From Terriglobia bacterium (GTDB lineage Bacteria > Acidobacteriota > Polarisedimenticolia > Polarisedimenticolales > JAIQFR01): a stretch of 64,000 bases of DNA. Each line of letters begins with the position of its first letter. The first letter of the stretch is position 1. The stretch spans positions 96,001-160,000 of the forward strand of contig CAVVHE010000006.1 of the NCBI GenBank assembly GCA_963748015.1, in the 5' to 3' direction. Shown piece after piece: positions 41,878 through 50,320 of the stretch. A program made the position numbers and the translations under genes. The notes beneath the pieces were generated by a model that did not search any database, had not been told where the DNA came from, and was given only the letters and a program-made list of their open reading frames with translations.

Positions 41878-42567
41878 CTACACGACGGTCCCGAACAGCT
41901 TCCCGAGCAGGGCCGTGCAGCCCATGGCGACCGCTCCCCAGAACGCGACGCGAAGGGCGCCCCGCAACGGCGGGGCGGCGCCGAGCCGGGCCGCCAGCCA
42001 ACCGAGGGCGAGGAGCAGGAGGAGCGAGCTTCCCGCGACGACGCGGGTCAGGAGCGGGACCGGGACGAGCAGGACCAGAAACAGCGGGAGCGCGGCGCCA
42101 ACGGCGAACGCCGCCGCGGACGCCAACGCCGCCTGGACCGGGCGGGCCCGGGTAGTTTCCGACATCCCGAGCTCGTCTCGCGCGTGCGCGGCCAGGGCAT
42201 CGTGAGCCGACATCTGGTCGACGACCTGGGCCGCGAGGTCGGGGGTGAGGCCGCGAGCGACGTAGATCGCCACGAGCTCGGCCCGCTCGGCCTCCGGGGC
42301 GGTGGCCAGCTCGCGGCGTTCCCGGGCGAGATCGGCTTCCTCGGTGTCCGCCTGGGAGCTCACCGAGACGTACTCCCCGGCGGCCATGGAGAGCGCGCCC
42401 GCGACGAGGCCGGCGGAGGCGGCCAGGAGGACCGGGCCGCGTGTCGCCTGGGCCGCCGCGACGCCGACCACCAGGCTGCTCGTCGAGATGAGGCCGTCAT
42501 TGGCTCCCAGGACGGCGGCGCGCAGCCAGCCGATGTGCTCGGTGCGGTGAAGCTCGACGTGTCGCAT
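41878..42567 (-). CDS. VIT1/CCC1 family Fe/Mn transporter
   Basis: WLRAAVLGANDGLIS; GALSMAAGEYVSVSSQAD. Confidence 0.92.
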   Translation of the reverse strand: MRHVELHRTEHIGWLRAAVLGANDGLISTSSLVVGVAAAQATRGPVLLAASAGLVAGALSMAAGEYVSVSSQADTEEADLARERRELATAPEAERAELVAIYVARGLTPDLAAQVVDQMSAHDALAAHARDELGMSETTRARPVQAALASAAAFAVGAALPLFLVLLVPVPLLTRVVAGSSLLLLLALGWLAARLGAAPPLRGALRVAFWGAVAMGCTALLGKLFGTVV

Positions 42568-42665
42568 CGGCTCCAGTCTAATCGAATCAACCGCGCCGGT
42601 TGCCCCTTTATAATGACCCCGATCGCGGGACGACCCGAAACATGGCGAGAGCAAGGAGAAGACCG

Positions 42666-42794
42666 ATGCGCAAGATAATCGCGGTTTCGATGATGGCGGG
42701 AGCGGTGTTTCTGGGAAGCGGACAGGTTCCGGCGGCGGAGACGCCGGCCATGGAGACGCTCACCGACGGCCTCAAGAAGGCCTGCAACAAGTAG
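42666..42794 (+). pseudogene. Signal peptide plus short stub, probably a truncated exported (Cys-rich repeat-like) gene
   Basis: AAGGAG RBS; MRKIIAVSMMAGAVFLGSGQVPAAETPAMETLTDGLKKACNK*. Confidence 0.4.
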
Positions 42795-42830
42795 CACGCG
42801 GGGAGGTCGGTGGGGAGGGGGAGGGGCGCC

Positions 42831-43847
42831 ATGCAGCTAGGGATGATCGGACTTGGACGGATGGGGGCGAACATGGTCCGCCGGCTGATCGGCGGCGGCC
42901 ACGAATGCGTCGTGTTCGACATGTCGCCGAAGGCGGTCGCGGAGCTCGCGAAAGACCAGGCGGTCGGCGCGTCTTCGATGGCGGATTTCGTGGCGAAGCT
43001 CTCGAAGCCCCGCGCGATCTGGCTCATGGTTCCGGCGGCCGTCGTGGACAAGGCGATCGCCGACCTCCTCCCTCTCCTCGCGAAGGGGGACGTCCTGATC
43101 GACGGCGGCAACTCGTATTACGTGGACGACATCCGGCGGGCGAAGGAGCTGGCCGCGAAGGGGATCCACTACGTGGACGTCGGCACGAGCGGCGGCGTCT
43201 GGGGGCTCGAGCGGGGCTACTGCATGATGATCGGCGGCGAGGAGGCCATCGTGAAGCGCCTCGACCCGATCTTGAAGCGCCTCGCCCCCGGGCGCGGCGA
43301 CGTGCCGCGGACGCCCGGGCGCGGGAACGCCGGCGGCACTTCCGAGGAGGGGTACCTCCATTGCGGTCCGAACGGCGCGGGCCACTTCGTCAAGATGGTC
43401 CACAACGGCATCGAGTACGGCCTCATGGCGGCCTACGCCGAGGGGCTGAACATCCTGAAGCACGCCAACGTGGGCAAGAACGGGCGCGAGGTGGACGCCG
43501 AGACGACGCCGCTCCGCAACCCCGAGCACTACCAGTACGACCTGAATATCCCCGAGATCGCGGAGGTCTGGCGGCGCGGGAGCGTCGTCGCCTCGTGGCT
43601 GCTCGATCTGACGGCGAGCGCTCTCATCGAGTCCCCGGACCTGGGGGAGTTCTCGGGGCGCGTGTCGGATTCGGGAGAGGGACGCTGGACCATCCTGGCG
43701 GCGATCGACGAGGGGGTGCCGGCCGAGGTCCTCACGGCCTCCCTCTACGAGCGGTTCTCGTCGCGCGGAGAGGCGGAGTTCCAGAACAAGCTGCTGTCCG
43801 CGATGCGATTCCAGTTCGGCGGGCATCACGAGAAGCCCGCGAGGTGA
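42831..43847 (+). CDS. gnd: 6-phosphogluconate dehydrogenase, decarboxylating (short type)
   Basis: [46 protein letters not shown]. Confidence 0.95.
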   Translation: MQLGMIGLGRMGANMVRRLIGGGHECVVFDMSPKAVAELAKDQAVGASSMADFVAKLSKPRAIWLMVPAAVVDKAIADLLPLLAKGDVLIDGGNSYYVDDIRRAKELAAKGIHYVDVGTSGGVWGLERGYCMMIGGEEAIVKRLDPILKRLAPGRGDVPRTPGRGNAGGTSEEGYLHCGPNGAGHFVKMVHNGIEYGLMAAYAEGLNILKHANVGKNGREVDAETTPLRNPEHYQYDLNIPEIAEVWRRGSVVASWLLDLTASALIESPDLGEFSGRVSDSGEGRWTILAAIDEGVPAEVLTASLYERFSSRGEAEFQNKLLSAMRFQFGGHHEKPAR

Positions 43848-43857
43848 GGAGAACGCG

Positions 43858-44054
43858 ATGATCCCGCCCCGGTCATCGGCGTGGCCAAGGCAGACCGGAA
43901 TCTCGACCGGCTGAAAGCCCGGGTGAAGGAACTGGGGGGGGCGCAAAGAGGCCGGAACCCCGTCTTCCCTCACGAACCGCAATACTCGGGACGAACGGAA
44001 GTCGAGCGCGTCACGCCCCCCGACGGGTGGCATGACCCGGTCATGAATCGATAG
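43858..44054 (+). pseudogene. zwf: Collapsed glucose-6-phosphate dehydrogenase remnant
   Basis: GAGGAG + ATG 43858, then frame 43869-44054 reads PVIGVAKADRNLDRLKARV/KELGGAQR/...PVFPHEP...EVERVTPPDGWHDPV*, i.e. N- and C-terminal Zwf-like pieces, in the usual slot between gnd and pgl. Confidence 0.7.
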
Positions 44055-44066
44055 GGAGGTGTTGTG

Positions 44067-44774
44067 ATGGACGTGCGCATCCTCGCCGGCCCCGATGCCG
44101 TGGCCGCCGAAGCCGCAAGGGTGATCGCCGCCGAGGCGCGGGCGGCCGTGGCGGCGCGTGGGCGCTTCGTCTTGGCGGTCAGTGGCGGCCGTACGCCGCG
44201 GCTCATGCTGCGCGCGCTCGCGGCCGAAGACGTGCCGTGGGCCAGTGTGCACGTGGTGCAGGTGGACGAGCGCATCGCCCCCGCCGGCGATCCCGATCGC
44301 AACCTCACGCACCTGTGCCTTAGCCTGCTCGAGTATGCGCCGCTGCGGGCGGAGCGGATCCACGCCATGCCGGTCGAGGAGGCCGACGTCGAAGCGGCCG
44401 CCCGCGGCTACGCGCGCACCCTCGAACGGATCGCCGGCACGCCGCCGGTGCTCGACCTCGCCCATCTCGGGCTCGGGCCGGACGGCCACACGGCATCTCT
44501 GGTTCCCGGCGATCCCGTCCTGGACGTCGTGGACCGGGACGTCGCGCCGACCGGCGTCTACATGAAGCGGCGCCGCATGACGTTGACCTATCCGATCCTC
44601 GATCGTTCGCGGCGCATCCTCTGGGTGGTGACCGGCGTGGAGAAGGCCGCGATGCTCTCGCGTCTCATCGCAGCGGATGCGTCGATTCCAGCGGGTCGCG
44701 TGCGTCGGGAGCAAGCCCTGGTTCTGGCCGACCGCTCCGCCACGGGGGAGAAGGCAGGACCGACGACCCGTTGA
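44067..44774 (+). CDS. pgl: 6-phosphogluconolactonase
   Basis: AVSGGRTP, VDER, LGLGPDGHTASL, RRMTLTYP. Confidence 0.92.
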   Translation: MDVRILAGPDAVAAEAARVIAAEARAAVAARGRFVLAVSGGRTPRLMLRALAAEDVPWASVHVVQVDERIAPAGDPDRNLTHLCLSLLEYAPLRAERIHAMPVEEADVEAAARGYARTLERIAGTPPVLDLAHLGLGPDGHTASLVPGDPVLDVVDRDVAPTGVYMKRRRMTLTYPILDRSRRILWVVTGVEKAAMLSRLIAADASIPAGRVRREQALVLADRSATGEKAGPTTR

Positions 44775-44779
44775 TCGGA

Positions 44780-44833
44780 CTCGCCGTCAGCACGATCCGC
44801 ACCCCCCCGATCGACGCGGTGCAGGCGGCGAAG
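44780..44833 (+). pseudogene. tkt: Transketolase N-terminal remnant
   Basis: LAVSTIRTPPIDAVQAAK resembles the Tkt start LAINTIRTLSIDAVQAAKSGHPG; directly after pgl. Confidence 0.55.
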
Positions 44834-44876
44834 GCGCTTGGTCGGGAGCGAGGGGGGGTGGTACGCTGACCCACTC

Positions 44877-46451
44877 ATGAGCGAGCCGGTCATCTGCTTC
44901 GGGCAGCAGCCCTGCGGCTTCTTTCCGAAGCGGTTCTTCTACGCGAAGCTGGTCACGGCACTCCGGCTGCGGCGGGAGCTCGGCGGGCGCGTCGTGTGGT
45001 TCTGTCACGACAGCGACCACGACTACCGCGAGACCACGACACCGCTCGTGGACCTCAAGACGGGGGACCTCAAGCGGATCAACTTCGACCACGTGAGCAA
45101 GATCCAGAAGAGCTACTCTCCCCTCTACGTCAAGCGGATCAAGGACGACTGGCAGGAGCGGACCGCGCGCGTCCTGCCGTGCTTCGTGGGTCCGGAGCTG
45201 GTAGACCTCTTCCGGTCGGTCCGGGCCACGCTCGCGGCCGACTTCTGCCTCGAGATGTACCGGCGCCTCGGGCTCCTCGAGGGGGTCGAGGTGATGCGCT
45301 CGAGCGATCCCGAGGTTCGGCGCCAGGCGGTTGCGATCGAGGACCCGTACGTGGACGTGGAGTACGAGGGGGAGATTGTGCGGGCCCGGCGACAGGGGGG
45401 AAGGCTCCGGTTGCACAAGGGCGGGGGCGAGTTCATCGAGCTCCCCGACCTCGAGACCGGCAAGGAAAGCATCAGCCCGGCGCGCGACGCCCGCCTGCGC
45501 TGGATGCAGTCGGTGGTGCGCTGCACCCACTACGTCGCCGGGGCGAGCGAGGTGCAGTACCTGAACACGTCGGAGACTCCGGAGATCACCTTCGTGGAGC
45601 GCGACGCGATCGACGACTCCCACGGGTCGTTCGTCGGCGTGGCCCCGCAGCGGGGGGGTGGTAGGCTTCCAAGCTCAACCGGAGATTCGAGCTTGAGTCG
45701 CGACGCCAACCACGACGCCCCGAGCGCCACCGCGCCATCGCCACGCCGTATCCTGGCGGTCGGCGCGCATCCCGACGACGTCGAGTTCGGTTGCGGCGGC
45801 ATCCTCGTCAAGGAGGCCGCCCGCGGCCACGAGGTCACGATCCTGAGCTTGTCTCGCGGCGAGGCGGCCTCGAACGGGGACCCCGAGACGCGCCGGCGCG
45901 AGGGCGAGGCGGCCGCGGAGGTCATCGGCGCGCGTCTCGAGCTCCTCGATCTCGAGGGGGACTCGCGGATCGAGTACCGGCCGCCGAACGCCGTCGCCAT
46001 CGCGCGCGTCATCCGGCGGTTGCGGCCGCACATCCTGCTCGCGCCGTCGCCGGAGGAGAACCAGCACCCCGATCACGCCAAGGCCGGGCGGCTGGTCCGC
46101 GATGCCGCGCGCTTGGCCCGCTACGGCGGGCTCGAGGACCTGGCGCCCGCCCCGGCCCACGCCATCGACGCGCTCTACTTCTTCGAGATCACCGGGACCG
46201 GCCTCGGCTCCGCCTCGACCGGCCTGCCCTGGATCGTCGTGGACGTTTCGGATGTCGTGGCGACCTGGCGCAAAGCGATGGAATGTCACGCGACGCAGCT
46301 GGCCACGCGCAACTACGTCGAGCTGCAACTGGCGCGTGCCCGCGCGCTCGGACTCGAGATCGGCGTCGAGCACGCCATGGCGGTCCGTGCGAACGATCCG
46401 ATCCGCCTCGAGGGGCTCACGGACCTCCGGGGTTCGGGGAGGCGGTTCTGA
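44877..46451 (+). CDS. Compact BshC-like domain joined to a BshB1-type PIG-L deacetylase
   Basis: N-part has GQQ, WFCHDSDHD and YVAGASEVQY (cf. BshC GQQ / EDHD / YVGGPGE). C-part has ILAVGAHPDDVEFGCGG, LSRGEAASNG and HPDH. May be two genes (TTG 45693). Confidence 0.75.
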   Translation: MSEPVICFGQQPCGFFPKRFFYAKLVTALRLRRELGGRVVWFCHDSDHDYRETTTPLVDLKTGDLKRINFDHVSKIQKSYSPLYVKRIKDDWQERTARVLPCFVGPELVDLFRSVRATLAADFCLEMYRRLGLLEGVEVMRSSDPEVRRQAVAIEDPYVDVEYEGEIVRARRQGGRLRLHKGGGEFIELPDLETGKESISPARDARLRWMQSVVRCTHYVAGASEVQYLNTSETPEITFVERDAIDDSHGSFVGVAPQRGGGRLPSSTGDSSLSRDANHDAPSATAPSPRRILAVGAHPDDVEFGCGGILVKEAARGHEVTILSLSRGEAASNGDPETRRREGEAAAEVIGARLELLDLEGDSRIEYRPPNAVAIARVIRRLRPHILLAPSPEENQHPDHAKAGRLVRDAARLARYGGLEDLAPAPAHAIDALYFFEITGTGLGSASTGLPWIVVDVSDVVATWRKAMECHATQLATRNYVELQLARARALGLEIGVEHAMAVRANDPIRLEGLTDLRGSGRRF

Positions 46452-47608
46452 GCGGCTCTCGCACGGCGGACGGTCCCCTGCGGATCGCCATCACCTGCTA
46501 CCCGACGGTCGGCGGCAGCGGCATTCTCGCCTCGCAGCTCGGGCAGCAACTGGCGGCGCGGGGCCACGAGGTGCACTTCGTCTCCTACGGCATGCCGTTC
46601 CGGCTGGACGGAACGGCGCCCAACATCTTCTTCCACCCCGTGAGCGTCAACGAGTACGATCTCTTCCGCTATCCGGACTACACGCTGCCGCTCTCGGTGA
46701 CTCTGGCGGAGGTCAGCCGGGACTTCGATCTCGACCTGATCCACGCGCACTACGCCGTGCCGCACGCCGTCGCTGCCTACCTGGCCCGGCAGATGATCGG
46801 GGAGGGAGCGCCTCGCGTCATCACCACGCTGCACGGCACCGACACGACGCTCATGGGGCAGGACCCGAACTACCAGCCCGTGATCCGCCACGCCATCGAG
46901 CACTCTTCGGGGGTGACGGCGGTGAGCGCATTCCTTCGCGACGAGACGAAGAGCACCTTCCAGGTGGAGCACGAAATCCGCGTCATCCACAACTTCTTCG
47001 CGCCCATCAGCCCGAGCCGCGACCGGGAGCGGGTGCGCGCGGAGCTGGGGGTCGGCGACGAGCTCCTGGTGCTCCACATGTCGAACCTCCGGCCGGTCAA
47101 GCGGATCGATGACCTGCTGCGGGTCATCGCCGCCTCGCGGCACCGCGACCGCGTGCGGCTCCTGATCCTGGCCGGAGGCGACTTCGCCCCGTACCGCCGG
47201 CAGGTCGAAGCACTCGGGATCGCGTCGCAGGTGACCGTGATGCAGTCGGTACTGGACGTGGAGAACTACCTCAACGCCGCCGACGTGGGGCTGTACACCT
47301 CCGAGCACGAGTCGTTCGGCCTGAGCATCCTGGAGAGCATGTTCCACCGACACCCGATTCTCGCGGCGCGCGCCGGCGGCGTCCCGGAGGTCGTCGTGGA
47401 CGGGGAAACCGGTTTCCTGGCGCCGGTGGGGGACATCGACGGCCTCGCCGGGAAGCTCGACGCGATCGTGGAGGATAGGGAGCGCTACCGGCCGATGGGG
47501 GAGCGGGGCTACGAGAGGGCGAGGGCGCTCTTTTCCGCCGAGCGGATCACGGGGGAGTATCTCGATTTCTACCGGCAGGTTCTAGTGTCCCGGGAAGCGC
47601 GGGAGTAG
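46448..47608 (+). CDS. bshA: N-acetyl-alpha-D-glucosaminyl L-malate synthase (GT4)
   Basis: IAITCYPTVGGSG, YDLFRYPDYTL, HAHYAVPHA, TTLHGTD, HMSNLRPVKR, ESFGL; probable CTG start after GGGAGG. Confidence 0.9.
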   Translation: MSGSRTADGPLRIAITCYPTVGGSGILASQLGQQLAARGHEVHFVSYGMPFRLDGTAPNIFFHPVSVNEYDLFRYPDYTLPLSVTLAEVSRDFDLDLIHAHYAVPHAVAAYLARQMIGEGAPRVITTLHGTDTTLMGQDPNYQPVIRHAIEHSSGVTAVSAFLRDETKSTFQVEHEIRVIHNFFAPISPSRDRERVRAELGVGDELLVLHMSNLRPVKRIDDLLRVIAASRHRDRVRLLILAGGDFAPYRRQVEALGIASQVTVMQSVLDVENYLNAADVGLYTSEHESFGLSILESMFHRHPILAARAGGVPEVVVDGETGFLAPVGDIDGLAGKLDAIVEDRERYRPMGERGYERARALFSAERITGEYLDFYRQVLVSREARE

Positions 47609-47623
47609 GCGGGGGACGAAGAC

Positions 47624-50128
47624 GTGACGAGATGGACCTCGAAAGCCACCGGAGCGTGCGCCATGGGGATTCTGCTGGGATGCATGGGGACGGGCTCCGC
47701 CATGGCGCTCGTGCCGAAGCGGCCCGACGCGGCCGAGATCCAGCTTGCGCTCAAGAAGCTCCAGTTCCTGGGAAGCGCGCTCTACGTGGCGGCGCATCCC
47801 GACGACGAGAACACGCGCCTCATGGCGTGGCTCGTCAACGGACGCCTGGCGGACGCCGCGTATCTCTCCATGACCCGCGGCGACGGCGGGCAGAACCTGA
47901 TCGGTCCGGAGATCGGCGACCTGCTGGGGATCATCCGCTCGCAGGAGCTGCTAGCGGCGCGCCGGATCGACGGCGGGCGGCAGTTCTTCACCCGGGCGAT
48001 CGACTTCGGGTATTCCAAGACGCCGGAGGAGACGCTGCGGATCTGGGACCGGGAGCAAGTGCTCGCCGACACGGTGCGGATCGTGAGGCAATTCCAGCCG
48101 GACGTGGTGATCACCCGGTTCCCCGCCGCCAATCGCGATACGCACGGGCACCACACCTCGTCCGCGTGGATCGCGCGCGACGCCATGGCGGCGGCCGGCG
48201 ACCCGAAGCGTTTCCCCGAGCAGCTCGATCGCCTGGCGACGTGGCGGCCGCGGCGGCTGCTCTGGAACACCTCGCGCTTCTTCTACGACAAGCCGGAGGA
48301 CCTCAAGCCGGACACGCTGGTCAAGGTCGACGCCGGCGCGTACAACCCGTTGCTCGGGGAGTCGTACACGGAACTCGCCGCCCGCGCCCGCAGCATGCAC
48401 AAGAGCCAGGGGTTCGGGTCGAGCGGCCAGCGCGGCGAGGTGCTCGAGTACCTCGCGCCGGCTGAAGGCGAGGGGACGCCCCGCGACCTCTTCGAGGGGA
48501 TCGACACGACGTGGGGGAGGGTGCCGGGCGGCAAGGCGGTGGGCGGCCTCCTCGATCGGGCCTACCGCGAGTTCGTCCCCGAGAGCCCGGCCGGCATCGT
48601 GCCGCGCCTGCTCGAGGCGCGCGCGAAGCTGGCGGCGCTGCCGCCCGGCCGCTGGACGACCGCCAAGAGGGCCGACCTCGACCAGGTCATCGCCGCCTGC
48701 CTCGGCCTCTACCTCGAGGCCGCGGCCGACGTCTATGCGGCGGTGCCCGGCGACACGTTGAAGATCAATCTCGAGGCGGTCAACCGGTCGCCGGTGGCGG
48801 TGCGGCTGAAGAAGGTGACCGTCGCCGCCGCAGGAAGCGACCTCCCGTGGGAGCAGGACCTCGACAGCCGCCAGAGCTTCAAGAAGACGGTCGAGGTGAC
48901 GCTGCCGGCGGACCTTCCGGACTCGCAGCCGTACTGGCTGCGCGAGAAGGGCACCCTCGGGATGTTCCGCGTCGACGAAGCGGCGCTCATCGGCCTGCCC
49001 GAGAACCCGCCCGCGCTGACGGCGTCGTTCGCCCTCGAGGTGGAGGGGACGCCTATCGTCTTCGACAGGCCGGTCGTCTACAGGCGGACCGACCCGGTGC
49101 ACGGAGAGCAGTACCGGCCGTTCGAGGTGATCCCGGCGGTCGCCGTGACCGTCACCGAGAGCGTCTTCGTCCTGCCGCCCGAGCTGTCGTCGCACGAGGT
49201 GGCGGTCGAGCTCCGTGCCGGCCGGGCCGGCGTCGAGGGGACCGTGCGGCTCGAGGCGCCCGCGGGCTGGACCGCGAGCCCCGCGTCGCGCCCGTTCCGC
49301 ATCGACGAGAAGGACGCGACCGCCACGGTGACCTTCGATCTCGTGCCGCCGGCCGCGCCGTCGGCCGGGGTCCTGCGGGCGGTGGCCGAGATCGCCGGGC
49401 GGCGCTACCAGCGCGGGCTCGTCCACATCGTCCACGACCACATCCCGACCCAGGTCGTCATGCCGCCCGCCGAGGCCCGTGTCGTGCGCGCCGACGTGCG
49501 TCGCAAGGGGCAGAACGTCGGCTACGTGCAGGGAGCCGGCGACCAGGTGCCGGCGGGGCTGCGCGAGATCGGCTACACGGTGACCGAGCTGTCCGTGGAC
49601 GATCTGGTCCCGGACCGCCTGCGTGGCTTCGACGCGATCGTCCTCGGCGTGCGGGCGTACAACACGCTCGACCGCATCCGCTTCCAGCAGCCGGCGCTGT
49701 TCGACTACGTGAAGGGCGGGGGGACGTTGATCGTGCAGTACACCACCGGGCAGGAGCTGAAGGTCGAGTCCGTCGCTCCGCTGCCGCTCACGATCTCGCG
49801 CGAGCGGGTGAGCGAGGAGGGGGCCGAGGTCCGGTTCCTGGCTCCGGACCACCCGGTGCTCAACCGGCCGAACCGGATCACGGCCTCGGACTTCGAGGGC
49901 TGGGTGCAGGAGCGCGGTCTCTACTTCGCCGGCAAGTGGGACCCCGCCTTCACCGCGGTGCTCTCGAGCAACGACGCGGGCGAGCCCCCGCGCGACGGCG
50001 GACTGCTCGTGGCGAAGTACGGCGAGGGCTGGTTCGTGTACACCGGCTACTCCTTCTTCCGGCAGCTCCCGGCCGGGGTGCCGGGGGCTTACCGGCTGTT
50101 CGCGAATCTCATCGCGCTGGGCAAGTGA
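47624..50128 (+). CDS. Large exported PIG-L family deacetylase with Ig-like and GATase-like C-terminal domains
   Basis: Probable signal peptide; YVAAHPDDEN, TRGDGGQN, DFGYSK, HGHH; WVQERGLYF and FRQLPAGVPGAYRLFANL. Start is uncertain (47624 or 47663). Confidence 0.88.
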   Translation: MTRWTSKATGACAMGILLGCMGTGSAMALVPKRPDAAEIQLALKKLQFLGSALYVAAHPDDENTRLMAWLVNGRLADAAYLSMTRGDGGQNLIGPEIGDLLGIIRSQELLAARRIDGGRQFFTRAIDFGYSKTPEETLRIWDREQVLADTVRIVRQFQPDVVITRFPAANRDTHGHHTSSAWIARDAMAAAGDPKRFPEQLDRLATWRPRRLLWNTSRFFYDKPEDLKPDTLVKVDAGAYNPLLGESYTELAARARSMHKSQGFGSSGQRGEVLEYLAPAEGEGTPRDLFEGIDTTWGRVPGGKAVGGLLDRAYREFVPESPAGIVPRLLEARAKLAALPPGRWTTAKRADLDQVIAACLGLYLEAAADVYAAVPGDTLKINLEAVNRSPVAVRLKKVTVAAAGSDLPWEQDLDSRQSFKKTVEVTLPADLPDSQPYWLREKGTLGMFRVDEAALIGLPENPPALTASFALEVEGTPIVFDRPVVYRRTDPVHGEQYRPFEVIPAVAVTVTESVFVLPPELSSHEVAVELRAGRAGVEGTVRLEAPAGWTASPASRPFRIDEKDATATVTFDLVPPAAPSAGVLRAVAEIAGRRYQRGLVHIVHDHIPTQVVMPPAEARVVRADVRRKGQNVGYVQGAGDQVPAGLREIGYTVTELSVDDLVPDRLRGFDAIVLGVRAYNTLDRIRFQQPALFDYVKGGGTLIVQYTTGQELKVESVAPLPLTISRERVSEEGAEVRFLAPDHPVLNRPNRITASDFEGWVQERGLYFAGKWDPAFTAVLSSNDAGEPPRDGGLLVAKYGEGWFVYTGYSFFRQLPAGVPGAYRLFANLIALGK

Positions 50129-50173
50129 CTCCGTGACACGATCCGGCCGGCCGGACCGCGGGAAGCCGACCGC

Positions 50174-50320
50174 ATGACGACCGATCCCGAAAAGGCGAAA
50201 CGGATCCTCGACGACCGGCCGCCGTTCTTCCGGACCTGGACCGACGTGTACGCCGCGGTGATCGGTCTCCTCGGCGTGCTGGTCCTGGTCTTCAGCCTCC
50301 TCACGAGGATTCTCGGGTGA
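50174..50320 (+). CDS. Small single-TM protein preceding the SSS transporter
   Basis: MTTDPEKAKRILDDRPPFFRTWTDVYAAVIGLLGVLVLVFSLLTRILG*; GTGA overlap with the next gene. Confidence 0.7.
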   Translation: MTTDPEKAKRILDDRPPFFRTWTDVYAAVIGLLGVLVLVFSLLTRILG

